Source of the DNA: Verrucomicrobiales bacterium
GTDB lineage: Bacteria > Verrucomicrobiota > Verrucomicrobiia > Verrucomicrobiales > V1-33
Direction: 5' to 3'
Assembly: GCA_031411295.1 (NCBI GenBank)
Contig: JANOAV010000176.1
Span: forward strand, 1 to 17,311
Length of the DNA: 17,311 nucleotides
Positions 1-9,345 of this stretch are shown piece by piece (the stretch's first letter is position 1; every line of letters starts with the position of its first letter). The notes below the pieces were generated by a model. The model ran no database searches and was not told the DNA's origin. It worked only from the letters and a program-made list of their open reading frames with translations. Made by a program: the position numbers and the translations under genes.

Positions 1-150
1 GGAGCTTTCAAACACGTTGGAGAGAGCTGGGATCGCGATAGCGGCCAGAATGCCGATAACGGCAATCACGACGAGCAATTCGACCAAGCTGAATCCACCC
101 TTGGATTGTTTGCGAGCGAGACGGTTGTTGAGTTTGTTGATGACTTTCAT
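1..150 (-). CDS. Type IV pilin / prepilin-type N-terminal cleavage-methylation protein (5' part, truncated by window edge)
   Basis: Not in the ORF track. Manual translation from the ATG at 150 gives MKVINKLNNRLARKQSKGG|FSLVELLVVIAVIGILAAIAIPALSNVFESS, a basic leader, a G|F class III signal cleavage site, E5 and a hydrophobic helix. Confidence 0.93.
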   Translation of the reverse strand, partial: MKVINKLNNRLARKQSKGGFSLVELLVVIAVIGILAAIAIPALSNVFESS

Positions 151-205
151 TTTTTCTGGTTTGTTTTTGGTTTGAATAATGTCCCAATTGGAACAGGACG
201 CAGCA

Positions 206-262
206 ACCATAATACCCACAATTGAGAAGGCAAGTCTTTTTTATGGTTTTTATGGTTTTTTT
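206..262 (-). promoter_or_regulatory. Putative sigma70-type promoter of the pilin gene with upstream A-tracts
   Basis: Minus strand TTGCCT (233-228), 16 nt, TATGGT (211-206). Three A-tracts about 9-10 nt apart lie upstream (237-262), resembling an UP element. Confidence 0.4.
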
Positions 263-336
263 AATCCGGAGTTCTTTACAACTCTGCGAGTTATGTCAGG
301 ACTAACTCATGAATTTCGTCGACTACCCAGGAAAAT

Positions 337-1242
337 TCACCTTGCCATCCGACGAGCAAATAAAACCGTCCCCCAGACCAGGACGAAAGCCGCCATGGCG
401 GCAACCATCATTGAGGCCGCGAGTGGCGTTTTAAGCCAAGCTGCGAGATAAATCCCCGTGATGGTGCCCAGAGCCACGAAAACACTAGTGAGTCCCAACA
501 TTGCCGGAAGTCGCTGCGTTAACAAGCGGGCTGTCGCTGGGGGAACAATTAACATTCCTACCACCAGGACCGCTCCCACGGCTTCCAAGGCCCCGACGAC
601 CACCAGCGAGGTGGCGGTCAGGAGACCGTAATGGATTAAATTTACCCGCAGCCCAAGACAGCGCGCCAAGGCGGGATCGAACGAAGTGAGCACGAGTTCC
701 TTGTAACAAAGATAACCCATGGTGCTGACGATCAAGGCCATGACCGCCATTTGCACTACCGACTGTGGGATAAATCCAAAAGGGGTTTTGATGGTATCAA
801 ACAACGTGAGTTCCAAATGTCCGAAGAGCACGCAATCAACGTCCAAATGCGCACGGTTGGCGAATTTACGAATCATCACGACCCCAAGGGCAAACAAGGT
901 AGTAAAAGCCACCCCGGTGGCCGCATCCGATTTCAACCGAGATTTGCGCACCAACAACTCGATCAAGGCCACGGCCAGCACCCCTGCCGCCCCGGCCCCG
1001 AGAATCATGGCCCAGGAAGCGAGCGTTCCGAACACCACGTAAGCCCCCACCACTCCCGGCAGCACACTATGACTGATGGCATCCCCGACCAGCGCCATGC
1101 GGCGTAAAAGTAAAAAACAGCCCAGCCCACCACATAGCAAGCCAATGAGGCCTCCTAAAAGCAGGATCCACCCCGTCCCCGTCCAAGCATCCGCACCCCA
1201 CAACGATTCCTGGATCTCTGACCAATGAAATTTAGGGATCAT
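337..1242 (-). CDS. Metal (Mn/Zn/Fe) ABC transporter permease, ABC-3 family (TroD/MntD-like)
   Basis: Motifs LLRRMALVGDAISHSVLPG, FDPALA and GAVLVVGMLIVPPATA, with many TM helices. Start moved to MIPKFHW (1242), which overlaps the upstream stop as ATGA. Confidence 0.93.
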   Translation of the reverse strand: MIPKFHWSEIQESLWGADAWTGTGWILLLGGLIGLLCGGLGCFLLLRRMALVGDAISHSVLPGVVGAYVVFGTLASWAMILGAGAAGVLAVALIELLVRKSRLKSDAATGVAFTTLFALGVVMIRKFANRAHLDVDCVLFGHLELTLFDTIKTPFGFIPQSVVQMAVMALIVSTMGYLCYKELVLTSFDPALARCLGLRVNLIHYGLLTATSLVVVGALEAVGAVLVVGMLIVPPATARLLTQRLPAMLGLTSVFVALGTITGIYLAAWLKTPLAASMMVAAMAAFVLVWGTVLFARRMAR

Positions 1243-2534
1243 GGAATCCTCCTTCCGTGCGGATCTACCGTTGGATTTCCCAGCTGGGAACTCAACGTCT
1301 GAGCTTCTGCATCCGTCAACCAATGCTCCATGCGCTCCGCATCGTCATGCACATGATCCGGTTGGTAACTGGCTCGGCGCGCCAGATACAATTCCCAAAG
1401 TCGATGGTTTCGCACTACTCGGGTTGCCGCCTGCTGCCCCGCCACGGTCAACAGGTAGCCTCCATCAGCTGCTTTGCTCAAAAATCCCTGGCGTAAAATC
1501 TCTTGCAACCTGATCACACTCAAGCGCTTACCTTTCGGCAGTGCCTCCATTTTGAATGTCGCGTCCAAGGGTTTGCCCAAATCTTCCAAACTCCGGAAGA
1601 TGGCTTTAAGCTCATTTTCCAGCCGCTCCCGCCGCTGCCAGCGATGGGAGCGCCACCATTGAGAAATCGCACCCTGCTGCGGGCTGAACAAGCTGGCGAT
1701 GGCAAATATCCCCGCCGCACAGAGCACGACCATGGGACCAGCGGGCAGCCCCTCGCCCACAAAAGAGCAGAACGTGCCCAGCAGAGCCGCCAGCACTCCG
1801 AAGAGTGCCGCCAAGGGAATCAACCGATGCAGCCGGCGGGTCATCAGTGAGGCCGCCGATGACGGAATCACCAGCAAGGCGGACACCAGCACCACCCCGA
1901 CGGATTCCATCGCCACGACAATCGCCAGCGTGGTGAGAAGCATGAGCAAATAATGCAGCCACCGCACCGGTAACCCACACAACCGCCCGAAACCCTCATC
2001 AAAACTCAGCACCAGTAACCCGCGGTAGGCTAACCCAGTGAACAGCAACGTGAAAACCGTGCTTTTCCCCAGCCACCAGAGGTCCTGCGCGCTCACTGCA
2101 GCCAGTTGGCCGAACAGAAATTTGTCCACCCCACCTTTGTTTCCGGGCGGCAGCAGCGCAATCATGCAGACCCCAATCGCGAAAAAGCTCGTCAGCACCA
2201 GTCCTTGGGCCGCGTCCGACTTAATCTTGGTCGAAGCGGTAATGGCGTGCATCAATCCCGTGCCGAGAATTCCGGCCACCACCGCTCCCAACAGCATGGC
2301 CGCAGGATCCTTCGAATAATTCCACATATATCCGCCCACCACCCCCGGCAGCACGGCATGCGCCAATGTATCCCCGACCAGCGCCATCCGGCGGACCACC
2401 AAAAAGGTCCCCAGCACCCCACAATTAATCCCCAGAAGCACAGCTCCAAGCACCGCTGCCCGCACAAACGGATCGCGCAACGAAACGAATCGTCCCACAT
2501 TTTCCCACCAAGTATCTGTGATTTCGAGAATCAT
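1239..2534 (-). CDS. Metal ABC transporter permease (TroC/MntC-like) fused to a C-terminal DtxR-like metal-binding/dimerisation domain
   Basis: N-terminal ABC-3 motif RRMALVGDTLAHAVLPG. The C-terminal ~140 aa include LTVAGQQAATRVVRNHRLWELYL...VHDDAERMEHWL...DPHGRRIP, typical of DtxR-family repressors. Confidence 0.92.
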   Translation of the reverse strand: MILEITDTWWENVGRFVSLRDPFVRAAVLGAVLLGINCGVLGTFLVVRRMALVGDTLAHAVLPGVVGGYMWNYSKDPAAMLLGAVVAGILGTGLMHAITASTKIKSDAAQGLVLTSFFAIGVCMIALLPPGNKGGVDKFLFGQLAAVSAQDLWWLGKSTVFTLLFTGLAYRGLLVLSFDEGFGRLCGLPVRWLHYLLMLLTTLAIVVAMESVGVVLVSALLVIPSSAASLMTRRLHRLIPLAALFGVLAALLGTFCSFVGEGLPAGPMVVLCAAGIFAIASLFSPQQGAISQWWRSHRWQRRERLENELKAIFRSLEDLGKPLDATFKMEALPKGKRLSVIRLQEILRQGFLSKAADGGYLLTVAGQQAATRVVRNHRLWELYLARRASYQPDHVHDDAERMEHWLTDAEAQTLSSQLGNPTVDPHGRRIP

Positions 2535-2583
2535 GCTGAACTTTGCAAAGTGACTTAATTTAGTTGAGAATCAGGTGGTTACG

Positions 2584-3366
2584 CTACTTTGTTTTAGTAA
2601 CCTCCCGCCAAGCCAACTCGCTCATGAGGGTCATTTGCCCGCCGTAGGTTTTACTAAGATTTTCCTGATGCCAAACTTCCTCGGTTTTCCCGAAGGCCAC
2701 CAAGCGCAAGTTCAGTAACATCAGGTGATCGAAATAAGTCGGGGCAGTGATCAAATCGTGATGCACCACCAAGATAGTTTTCCCTTCCGCCCGCAGGTCC
2801 CGGAGCAACTCGATGACAGCGCGCTCCGTAGCGGCATCCACGGCGGCAAAGGGTTCATCCATGAAGTAGAGATCACTCTCCTGTGCCAGCGCCCGGGCCA
2901 GGAACACCCGCTGTTGTTGACCGCCACTGAGTTGGGATATCTGACGTTCCGCATACGGCAACATGGAAACTTTCTCCAAACACCGCCTGGCCAATTCCCG
3001 ATCTTCCTCTTTGGGCCGCTTAAACCACCCCAACCGGCCATACCGCCCCATCAGCACCACATCCATTACATTGACGGGAAAATCCCAGTCAACTGATTCA
3101 CGTTGAGGGACATAGCCCACTCGTTGGAGCACCTTGCGATGCGGCTGACCAAACATTTCCACGTAGCCGCCCGCCTTGTCCACCAATCCCAGCGCGGCCT
3201 TTAGCAACGTCGATTTCCCCGCCCCATTCGGCCCCAAAATTCCCACCAACGCTCCTTGCGGAATTTGGCAATCCACCCCGTAAAGCACGGGTTTGCGATC
3301 GTAAGTGACCGTCAAGTCATGGCACTCCAGTGCCCAGGGCGACTCTGACAGGGGGATGTGATTCAT
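2584..3366 (-). CDS. Metal ABC transporter ATP-binding protein (TroB/MntB-like)
   Basis: Walker A GPNGAGKST, YVPQR, signature LSGGQQQR, Walker B YFMDEP, and VHHD. Confidence 0.96.
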   Translation of the reverse strand: MNHIPLSESPWALECHDLTVTYDRKPVLYGVDCQIPQGALVGILGPNGAGKSTLLKAALGLVDKAGGYVEMFGQPHRKVLQRVGYVPQRESVDWDFPVNVMDVVLMGRYGRLGWFKRPKEEDRELARRCLEKVSMLPYAERQISQLSGGQQQRVFLARALAQESDLYFMDEPFAAVDAATERAVIELLRDLRAEGKTILVVHHDLITAPTYFDHLMLLNLRLVAFGKTEEVWHQENLSKTYGGQMTLMSELAWREVTKTK

Positions 3367-4349
3367 GGCTTCAACGCTTTTACCACCGTGTTCATATTCG
3401 AGAGCAACATTCCTTCCACCGTGCCCCGATCCACCTTCTGGCCATCCTCCAAGGTCACTATTTCCCCAGGCAGTCCCAGGGCGTCACTCAATAACTCCCC
3501 GCCGATTTGCGCTCCCGAATCCTTGCTAATGCGTTGAATCGTAGCCGGTGGCACACTACTTTCCACGAAAATGGCACGCACTTGTTTCTGTTTAATAGTG
3601 TCGATCACCCGGGCCACATCATTCAGTCCCGCCTCACTATCCGTGGAGATGCCTTGGACCCCCAACACCTCGAATCCGTAGGCCAAGCCAAAATAATGAA
3701 ACGCATCGTGACTGGTCACCAAGAGCCGATTCCGCCGCGGCAAGGTTTCCGCCATCTTCTTTAGTTCCTCATGCAGCGCCAGCAATTTCGTTACCACCTC
3801 CCGCCCCCGCCGTTGGAATTCCTCGGTCTGGGTCGGCAGCGCTTTGCCCAACACCTTGACCAAGGCCGGCACTGTTTGTGACCAGAGCTTGGCATCACCC
3901 CAGATATGAGGATCGCTTTGGGTCCCTTCCAATTTTAGGATCCGATCTGCCGGAAGCTGATCCCCCAGGCCCAGAGTCACCTTTTCCTGCCCGGCCAGAT
4001 GGTGGAATATTTCGGTCATTTTGCCTTCCAAATGCAGCCCGGAGTAAATAATGAGATTGGCCTTCTGAAGCTTGCCGACATCCTCCTGCGTCGGCTTGTA
4101 AAGGTGCGGATCCACCCCTGGCCCCATCAATGGCTTAATCTCGAAGACGTCCCCCGCCACCAGACGCACCAGATCCGTCACCATCGTCGTTGTGGTCACA
4201 ATGACCAGTTTCTTGGAGGACGGTCGTTCCGGCTCCGTGGTCGAACTGGTTTGCTGGCCACAACCACTGAGCAGACCGCAAATTAAGAAGACACCAAGAA
4301 CCTGCCGCTGGTTCGAGATTGCAGAAAAAAACTGAAGGAAGGATTTCAT
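3363..4349 (-). CDS. Metal ABC transporter substrate-binding lipoprotein (TroA/MntA family)
   Basis: Lipobox LSGC and metal-ligand motifs GVDPHLY, DPHIW, SHDAF and SDAL. ATG at 4349 is preferred over TTG at 4385. The stop overlaps the ATPase start as ATGA. Confidence 0.94.
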   Translation of the reverse strand: MKSFLQFFSAISNQRQVLGVFLICGLLSGCGQQTSSTTEPERPSSKKLVIVTTTTMVTDLVRLVAGDVFEIKPLMGPGVDPHLYKPTQEDVGKLQKANLIIYSGLHLEGKMTEIFHHLAGQEKVTLGLGDQLPADRILKLEGTQSDPHIWGDAKLWSQTVPALVKVLGKALPTQTEEFQRRGREVVTKLLALHEELKKMAETLPRRNRLLVTSHDAFHYFGLAYGFEVLGVQGISTDSEAGLNDVARVIDTIKQKQVRAIFVESSVPPATIQRISKDSGAQIGGELLSDALGLPGEIVTLEDGQKVDRGTVEGMLLSNMNTVVKALKP

Positions 4350-4357
4350 GCGAAAAG

Positions 4358-4375
4358 AATTAGTCCAGACTAATT
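4358..4375. promoter_or_regulatory. Putative MntR/DtxR-family operator
   Basis: Perfect 8-2-8 inverted repeat AATTAGTC-CA-GACTAATT, 8 nt upstream of the binding-protein ATG and just downstream of a minus-strand TTGAAA (4385-4380). It lies between the operon and the divergent regulator. Confidence 0.75.
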
Positions 4376-4437
4376 TAGTTTTCAAGGACTAGTTTTTCTA
4401 ATTTAAGATAAGAAAGCTGGGCTGGTTAAAATTTCCG

Positions 4438-4466
4438 TTGCCCTTGGGCTCATCCGCTGTTAGCTT
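4438..4466 (+). promoter_or_regulatory. Putative promoter of mntR
   Basis: TTGCCC, 17 nt, TAGCTT with an extended TGn. The ATG is 8 nt downstream. Confidence 0.5.
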
Positions 4467-4474
4467 CGGCAATC

Positions 4475-4948
4475 ATGGCTGTTCGCACCGACCCTATCCG
4501 CTTTGAAGAATCCACTGCCGTGGAAGACTACTTGGAGCAAATCCATTGCTTGATTGAAGCGAAGGGTTATGCCCGGGTGGTGGATATTGCTGCCAATCTG
4601 GGAATCTCTCAGGCCAGCGTGACCAACATGATCCAGAAACTGGATGCCAACGGACTCGTGATCTACGAAAAATACCGCGGCACCGTCCTCACCCCGGCCG
4701 GAGAGCGCATCGGTTCGGCCATCCGCCGCCGCCATATCTTGCTGACGAGATTGTTGCAACATTTCGGTTTGGATGAAAGCACAATTTATGCTGATGTAGA
4801 GGGAATGGAACATCATATCAGCCAACCCACCCTGAGAGCCCTCGAAATGCTGACCGAGGAGCTTGAACAGTCCCCAGTCATTTTGGAACAGATCAGAGCC
4901 CGACTAAAACAGCAGAATTCCGCAAACGTGATTGATCCCTCATCTTAG
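4475..4948 (+). CDS. mntR: Manganese-dependent transcriptional regulator, DtxR/MntR family
   Basis: EDYLEQI..LIEAKGYARVVDIA...SVTNMIQKL...YEKYRG.VLT...RH...IYADVEGMEHHIS closely follows B. subtilis MntR as recalled, including its metal-ligand positions. Divergent from the metal ABC operon. Confidence 0.92.
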   Translation: MAVRTDPIRFEESTAVEDYLEQIHCLIEAKGYARVVDIAANLGISQASVTNMIQKLDANGLVIYEKYRGTVLTPAGERIGSAIRRRHILLTRLLQHFGLDESTIYADVEGMEHHISQPTLRALEMLTEELEQSPVILEQIRARLKQQNSANVIDPSS

Positions 4949-4971
4949 ACGTGGTAGCCTGCTGGACAAAC

Positions 4972-5000
4972 TTGCCGCCCGCCCAGCCGCGTGGTATCTT
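4972..5000 (+). promoter_or_regulatory. Putative sigma70 promoter
   Basis: TTGCCG, 17 nt, TATCTT with an extended TGn. This supports a start at 5019 for the next gene. Confidence 0.5.
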
Positions 5001-5018
5001 TCGCCCTTCCCTCTCGTC

Positions 5019-6155
5019 ATGCCGGAACGCCCCCGACCTCAGTCGCCAACGCCAGAAGCCGATTTCACCTTGGATCTTGACCAAGTGTTTATCCGGCCCT
5101 CTGAACCCGTGAGCCCAGCACACGCCAAGACCGAGGCTCCCAGAAATCATTACAAGCTCGAACGCAAGTCCCAGCCCCCGGTCCAGACGTTCGGACACTT
5201 CGCCAAGCCATCCATCATGACTCCGGAAAAAGTCAGCTTGGACCCCGAGCCCCAGAGGGCAGCTCCGGACGCGGCCCCTTTCGGCAAGAAAAAGCACGAG
5301 GATAAACTCCCCGAACTGACCCCCAACCGGGCTTATGAAGTCATGAGAGCTTCCTCCCTCTTGAATCTGGGAGCAGAAGGCGACCCGCACATTTTTAATC
5401 GAAGGCTGAAGATGGTTGGCCTGATCGCCCTGTTTATCATCGGGACCCTTCTCATCATCAAGCTCGCCCAGACATCCGAGAGCCAACTCCCGGAAACGGC
5501 GGTCAAGGAGAATCCAGCCACCGCCCAAGAAGCCAGAATCACCCAAGCCACCCAGACCCTGAAAGCCTACCTGTCCGCCAAGAATTGGAAGGACAAACTC
5601 GCCTATATCCTTGATGCGGAGAAACTCACACCGCGTTTCCGCGAATACTACACCGATCAACGAGGCCAGGATCCAGCCGTCAGTGTGGCAGATGATGGTC
5701 GCCCCCAGGAAATCGGAGGGAAATTTTGGTTTGGCTTCAACCTAGAGGAAGCTGGCACCAAGCGACCCATCACCGCCCGGTTGCAGGAGACCCCCAAAGG
5801 CTTTCGCTTGGATTGGGAAAACTTCATCCAGCTCGGGGCTCTCCCTTGGCCCAAGTTCAACAGCGAGCGCCCCCAAGAACCCACCCAGATGCGCGTCAGT
5901 CTGACCCCCAGCAAGGACTACGCCGGGGCCTATGCAGATCCCGCCATTTACCAAGCCTTTACCATCAGCCACCTTTCCGGCCCCCCAATCCTCACGGGTT
6001 ACGTCGAGCGCGCTTCCCGGGCTGGACAGTCCTTGGACAAAGCCACCCAGGGCAACCTGCGGCCCACCAACCTGAACCTCTACTTGCGGTTCGCTGCCAC
6101 CGATGCAGCGACTCAAGTAAAAATCATAGACATGGTCTCAGAAACCGCGCGCTAA
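5019..6155 (+). CDS. Hypothetical single-pass membrane protein with Pro-rich N-terminus
   Basis: Long ORF, probable start MPERPRP. One TM segment (MVGLIALFIIGTLLII) precedes a folded-looking C-terminal domain. Confidence 0.8.
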   Translation: MPERPRPQSPTPEADFTLDLDQVFIRPSEPVSPAHAKTEAPRNHYKLERKSQPPVQTFGHFAKPSIMTPEKVSLDPEPQRAAPDAAPFGKKKHEDKLPELTPNRAYEVMRASSLLNLGAEGDPHIFNRRLKMVGLIALFIIGTLLIIKLAQTSESQLPETAVKENPATAQEARITQATQTLKAYLSAKNWKDKLAYILDAEKLTPRFREYYTDQRGQDPAVSVADDGRPQEIGGKFWFGFNLEEAGTKRPITARLQETPKGFRLDWENFIQLGALPWPKFNSERPQEPTQMRVSLTPSKDYAGAYADPAIYQAFTISHLSGPPILTGYVERASRAGQSLDKATQGNLRPTNLNLYLRFAATDAATQVKIIDMVSETAR

Positions 6156-6183
6156 CTAACGCATTCCTCCTGCGTCCGGCCCC

Positions 6184-6975
6184 ATGAAACATCTCCCCTC
6201 CCTGCTCCTAACCATCCTACTACCATTCACCGGGTGGGCGCAAGACCCTGCGCCCCCGTCCGCCCCCGATCCCGCTCCCCCCGTGGGGCCCTCCGCCCCG
6301 GCGTTGACCCCCGGACAGCTCTACGAAACCATTTCCCACGTCACCAAGCCCCTGTGGCGACAACTCTACCGGGATCACATCGAGCGCTCGGTTACAGAAC
6401 GAGAAAAAGCCGCCTTCTCCCTTGGCACCGTTTCCGCCGATCAGGCCCTTGCCGCCATGGCGAGGGACGGACAACAGCTCCGCAACCTGCTGCAAGACGA
6501 ACAAGCCTTCGAGAAGATGCTCAGCATCGTGGACAAGATGGCCACCTATCGCCAGAAAATCCAGATGTTCGCAGACCAAGGAGATTGGCCGGCCGTGGCC
6601 AAGACCGTTGATAAAATCCACGATCGGCAGCTCGAACTCCTCCAAGGCCTGCGCGATCACGACCTCGCCACCCTGGTCGGCAGTGGCCGCTGGCTGCGCG
6701 CCTGGCAGACCGCCGCCAAAATCGTCATTTCGAAAAAACTGACCGATGGCCAACTTGCCATTGGCTCCCCCGAACTGGTCCAGCAAACCACGGCCAGCAT
6801 CAGCGCCATCATCGACCACCAACCCACCCCTACCAAATTGATGCGCCATCTGGCCAAACGATGCACCGCCCTGGACAAACTCTGGCGCGACCCCGCCACC
6901 GCAGAATCTCTTCCTGCCCGCCTCAGCACAACTCAGGAAATACTAGATGAACTCATGCGCACCGTGAGCGAGTAA
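6184..6975 (+). CDS. Hypothetical secreted alpha-helical protein
   Basis: Signal peptide MKHLPSLLLTILLPFTGWA|Q, then a Pro-rich linker and a helical body. Confidence 0.8.
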   Translation: MKHLPSLLLTILLPFTGWAQDPAPPSAPDPAPPVGPSAPALTPGQLYETISHVTKPLWRQLYRDHIERSVTEREKAAFSLGTVSADQALAAMARDGQQLRNLLQDEQAFEKMLSIVDKMATYRQKIQMFADQGDWPAVAKTVDKIHDRQLELLQGLRDHDLATLVGSGRWLRAWQTAAKIVISKKLTDGQLAIGSPELVQQTTASISAIIDHQPTPTKLMRHLAKRCTALDKLWRDPATAESLPARLSTTQEILDELMRTVSE

Positions 6976-7050
6976 TCCTACCCTCCCACTTCTCCCTCCC
7001 TCCTACCCACCTAACCACCCGTTCCTCGCTACCTTCCTTACCTTTTTACC

Positions 7051-7506
7051 ATGGAAATCGAATCTGCCCTTAACTCCGACTACGTCAAACAGTTCTCCGT
7101 CTTTCTCATCAACCGGGCAGGAGCCCTCCTTGGAGTCGTCAAACTACTGGAAGATGCCCAGATCCACGTCCTCGCCCTAAGTATCCATGACTCCGTGGAC
7201 GTTACAATTGTCCGCCTTCTGGTCAGCGATCCCGATGGCGTGGAAACCCTGTTTATGGAACGCGGCATCCCCTATGGCTCCTGTGACCTCCTGGTCGTCG
7301 AACTCCGCAACGGCCCCAACGATCTCAGCAAATGCTTCCGCGCTTTCCTGGAAGCAGAGACCAACATCCACTTTGCCTATCCCGTCATCGTCCGCCCCGA
7401 TGGCCATGCTCTACTGGCACTCCATCTCGAAGACACGGACCTCGGGGCCGTGGTCATGCAGAACCAAGGTTTTAAGACCCTGAAACAGAAGGACCTCAGT
7501 CGCTAG
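7051..7506 (+). CDS. Tandem ACT-domain protein (amino-acid-binding; often annotated as acetolactate synthase-like)
   Basis: KQFSVFLINRAGAL...IHVLALSI, then a second ACT-like unit ending in AETNIHFAY. Confidence 0.82.
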   Translation: MEIESALNSDYVKQFSVFLINRAGALLGVVKLLEDAQIHVLALSIHDSVDVTIVRLLVSDPDGVETLFMERGIPYGSCDLLVVELRNGPNDLSKCFRAFLEAETNIHFAYPVIVRPDGHALLALHLEDTDLGAVVMQNQGFKTLKQKDLSR

Positions 7507-7536
7507 TTCGCGGAAGCTGAATGATGCCCCGTTGCC

Positions 7537-8214
7537 TTACTTTTTCTTTGGGGTGGTGGCGGGTTTCGTCGGTTCGAGCTTGGTCCCAGCGGGTTTTGGG
7601 GCCTCTTTCTGAGGATCGGCGGCAGGGGTCGGCGGGGTTTCGAGGGGAGTAATCTTGGGCGTCTGCTCGTTTAGACCTACCATCCATTTATCGCCCAGCT
7701 TCACCATGGACAAGACTTCGATGCTCTCAACGTTAACGCGATCGTTGTTGTGTTTGGTGCGAACCAAAATGTGGCAGAGTTTGTCCGTCTCCATGGCGAC
7801 ACTCAAGATGCGGAGTTTCATGCTATCGCGCACTTTCTTCAGCACAGCTGGTTCGACTGGAGTGCGCTCTTTCAGCAGACGGTGATAGGCAATGTAAAAT
7901 TCCGCTCCCGATTGCTTCTCAATGTCCTCGAGTCGGCTCACTTTGAATTTTTCAACCACCATTTTCTCCTCGTCAAGGGAGGCGGTATTCTTCACGCGCT
8001 TAACATAATCGTCCCGGAGGTCTTCCAGTGATTTGGGCTCGACCAGCTTCGAGGACCCGCTCCAGTCCTGTTCCAGCATGCACTTCAAATATTCCTTTAC
8101 GACCTTGACCGCAGGGTTGTTGTCGAATTCAGGGTTGGACTCTTGCGCGGCAAGCGGAGCGCAGATTAACATTAGACTTGCCGTGAGGATGGAGATGGTG
8201 CGGATAATTTTCAT
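7537..8214 (-). CDS. Hypothetical secreted protein
   Basis: Signal peptide ending PLAA|Q and a Pro/Lys-rich C-terminal tail. Confidence 0.8.
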   Translation of the reverse strand: MKIIRTISILTASLMLICAPLAAQESNPEFDNNPAVKVVKEYLKCMLEQDWSGSSKLVEPKSLEDLRDDYVKRVKNTASLDEEKMVVEKFKVSRLEDIEKQSGAEFYIAYHRLLKERTPVEPAVLKKVRDSMKLRILSVAMETDKLCHILVRTKHNNDRVNVESIEVLSMVKLGDKWMVGLNEQTPKITPLETPPTPAADPQKEAPKPAGTKLEPTKPATTPKKK

Positions 8215-8250
8215 GTGAGCAGAGGGATGGTTTTCGGGAGTAAGGCGACT

Positions 8251-9147
8251 TTAGGCGAGCAGTTTTTCTAATGCGCGGCCGTATTTGACGTAACTTTCAT
8301 ATTGTTCGGCGGCCTTGGCGGCCGGATCCAGCGAGTCGTCAGCGGCACTGGAGTGGAAGACCACGGCTACGTGGGGCTCAATGCTGACAAATCCGGAGTA
8401 GCCCCCAGCCATGACGTCGGCCATGATTTTTTGCACCTGCCCGTGTCCTTCGCCTGGATAGCTGTAGTCGCAATCCTGCTTGGCAGGATTCCAGACTCCG
8501 TCTTTGATGTGGATATGGCTAATGGCGGGTTTGACCGCCTGATAGAAAGCCCAAGAGTCTTGGCGGTGCCCTGGATTGGCGCGATCCTCGTTAAAGACCG
8601 GGTTGCCGGTATCGAATACCCAGCGCAGCCCTGGCACTTGCTCCAACGTTTCCAGCGCATGGGGAATCGACATCCCTCCGTAATTCATGCAGTTCTCGTG
8701 CACCATGGTGATACCAGCATCATTGAATCGTTGGTTCAATTCGCGCAGGCGACGAAAACGTTCCTCCTGCTGCTGGTCCGCAGCATCGGAACCGTCCTCA
8801 TTTTTCAAAATGGCATAGGACATGACCCGAATGAGTTTCGCGCCCAGACGGTTCATCCGCGGAATGGCTCGTTCCACACGCTCCAAGGTGAGCGCAAAGG
8901 GATCGGTAATTTTGCTCGCCCAGTTGCCGATGGTGGAACCGAAACCAGCGATTCGCAGCCCTGCCTGATCCAGTTCCTGACAAACCACCTCGAATGCCGC
9001 GTCGGGAATATCGTGGAGATTGCCATTAGGGAACCCTGGAACCTCGACGTTGCGCATCTCGATATGCTTCCAGCCCAACTCCCGAGTAGCTCTAATCTGG
9101 GTGGCCAGCGCGTTGCCGGCTTCGTCTGCGATTCCTGTGAAGATCAT
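8251..9147 (-). CDS. Sugar phosphate isomerase/epimerase (xylose isomerase-like TIM barrel)
   Basis: Start MIFTGIADEAG (9147), with motifs HENC, FDTGN, HIHIKD and SIEPH. A TTGACA lies upstream at 9219-9214. Confidence 0.9.
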   Translation of the reverse strand: MIFTGIADEAGNALATQIRATRELGWKHIEMRNVEVPGFPNGNLHDIPDAAFEVVCQELDQAGLRIAGFGSTIGNWASKITDPFALTLERVERAIPRMNRLGAKLIRVMSYAILKNEDGSDAADQQQEERFRRLRELNQRFNDAGITMVHENCMNYGGMSIPHALETLEQVPGLRWVFDTGNPVFNEDRANPGHRQDSWAFYQAVKPAISHIHIKDGVWNPAKQDCDYSYPGEGHGQVQKIMADVMAGGYSGFVSIEPHVAVVFHSSAADDSLDPAAKAAEQYESYVKYGRALEKLLA

Positions 9148-9345
9148 GTGGGTGCTATAAGTGGGAAAAATAAAAGGCGGAAAGGACCTCGAATGTGGGG
9201 ACAATGGGCACGCTGTCAAGCCTGAGGAAACCTAGGCCCGCACGCCCCCACGGGAATTGTCGTCAGCTTACGACCGAGTTCATCCTTGGAGCCTTGGTTG
9301 CTTTGGCCCAAGCCGTCTCCTTAGTCCCAGTCAGAGCCTCTGCAA

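Noticed and set aside
179..451. 90-aa plus-strand ORF
   Set aside because: It spans the pilin promoter T-tracts and is antisense to the permease 3' end, with no recognisable features.
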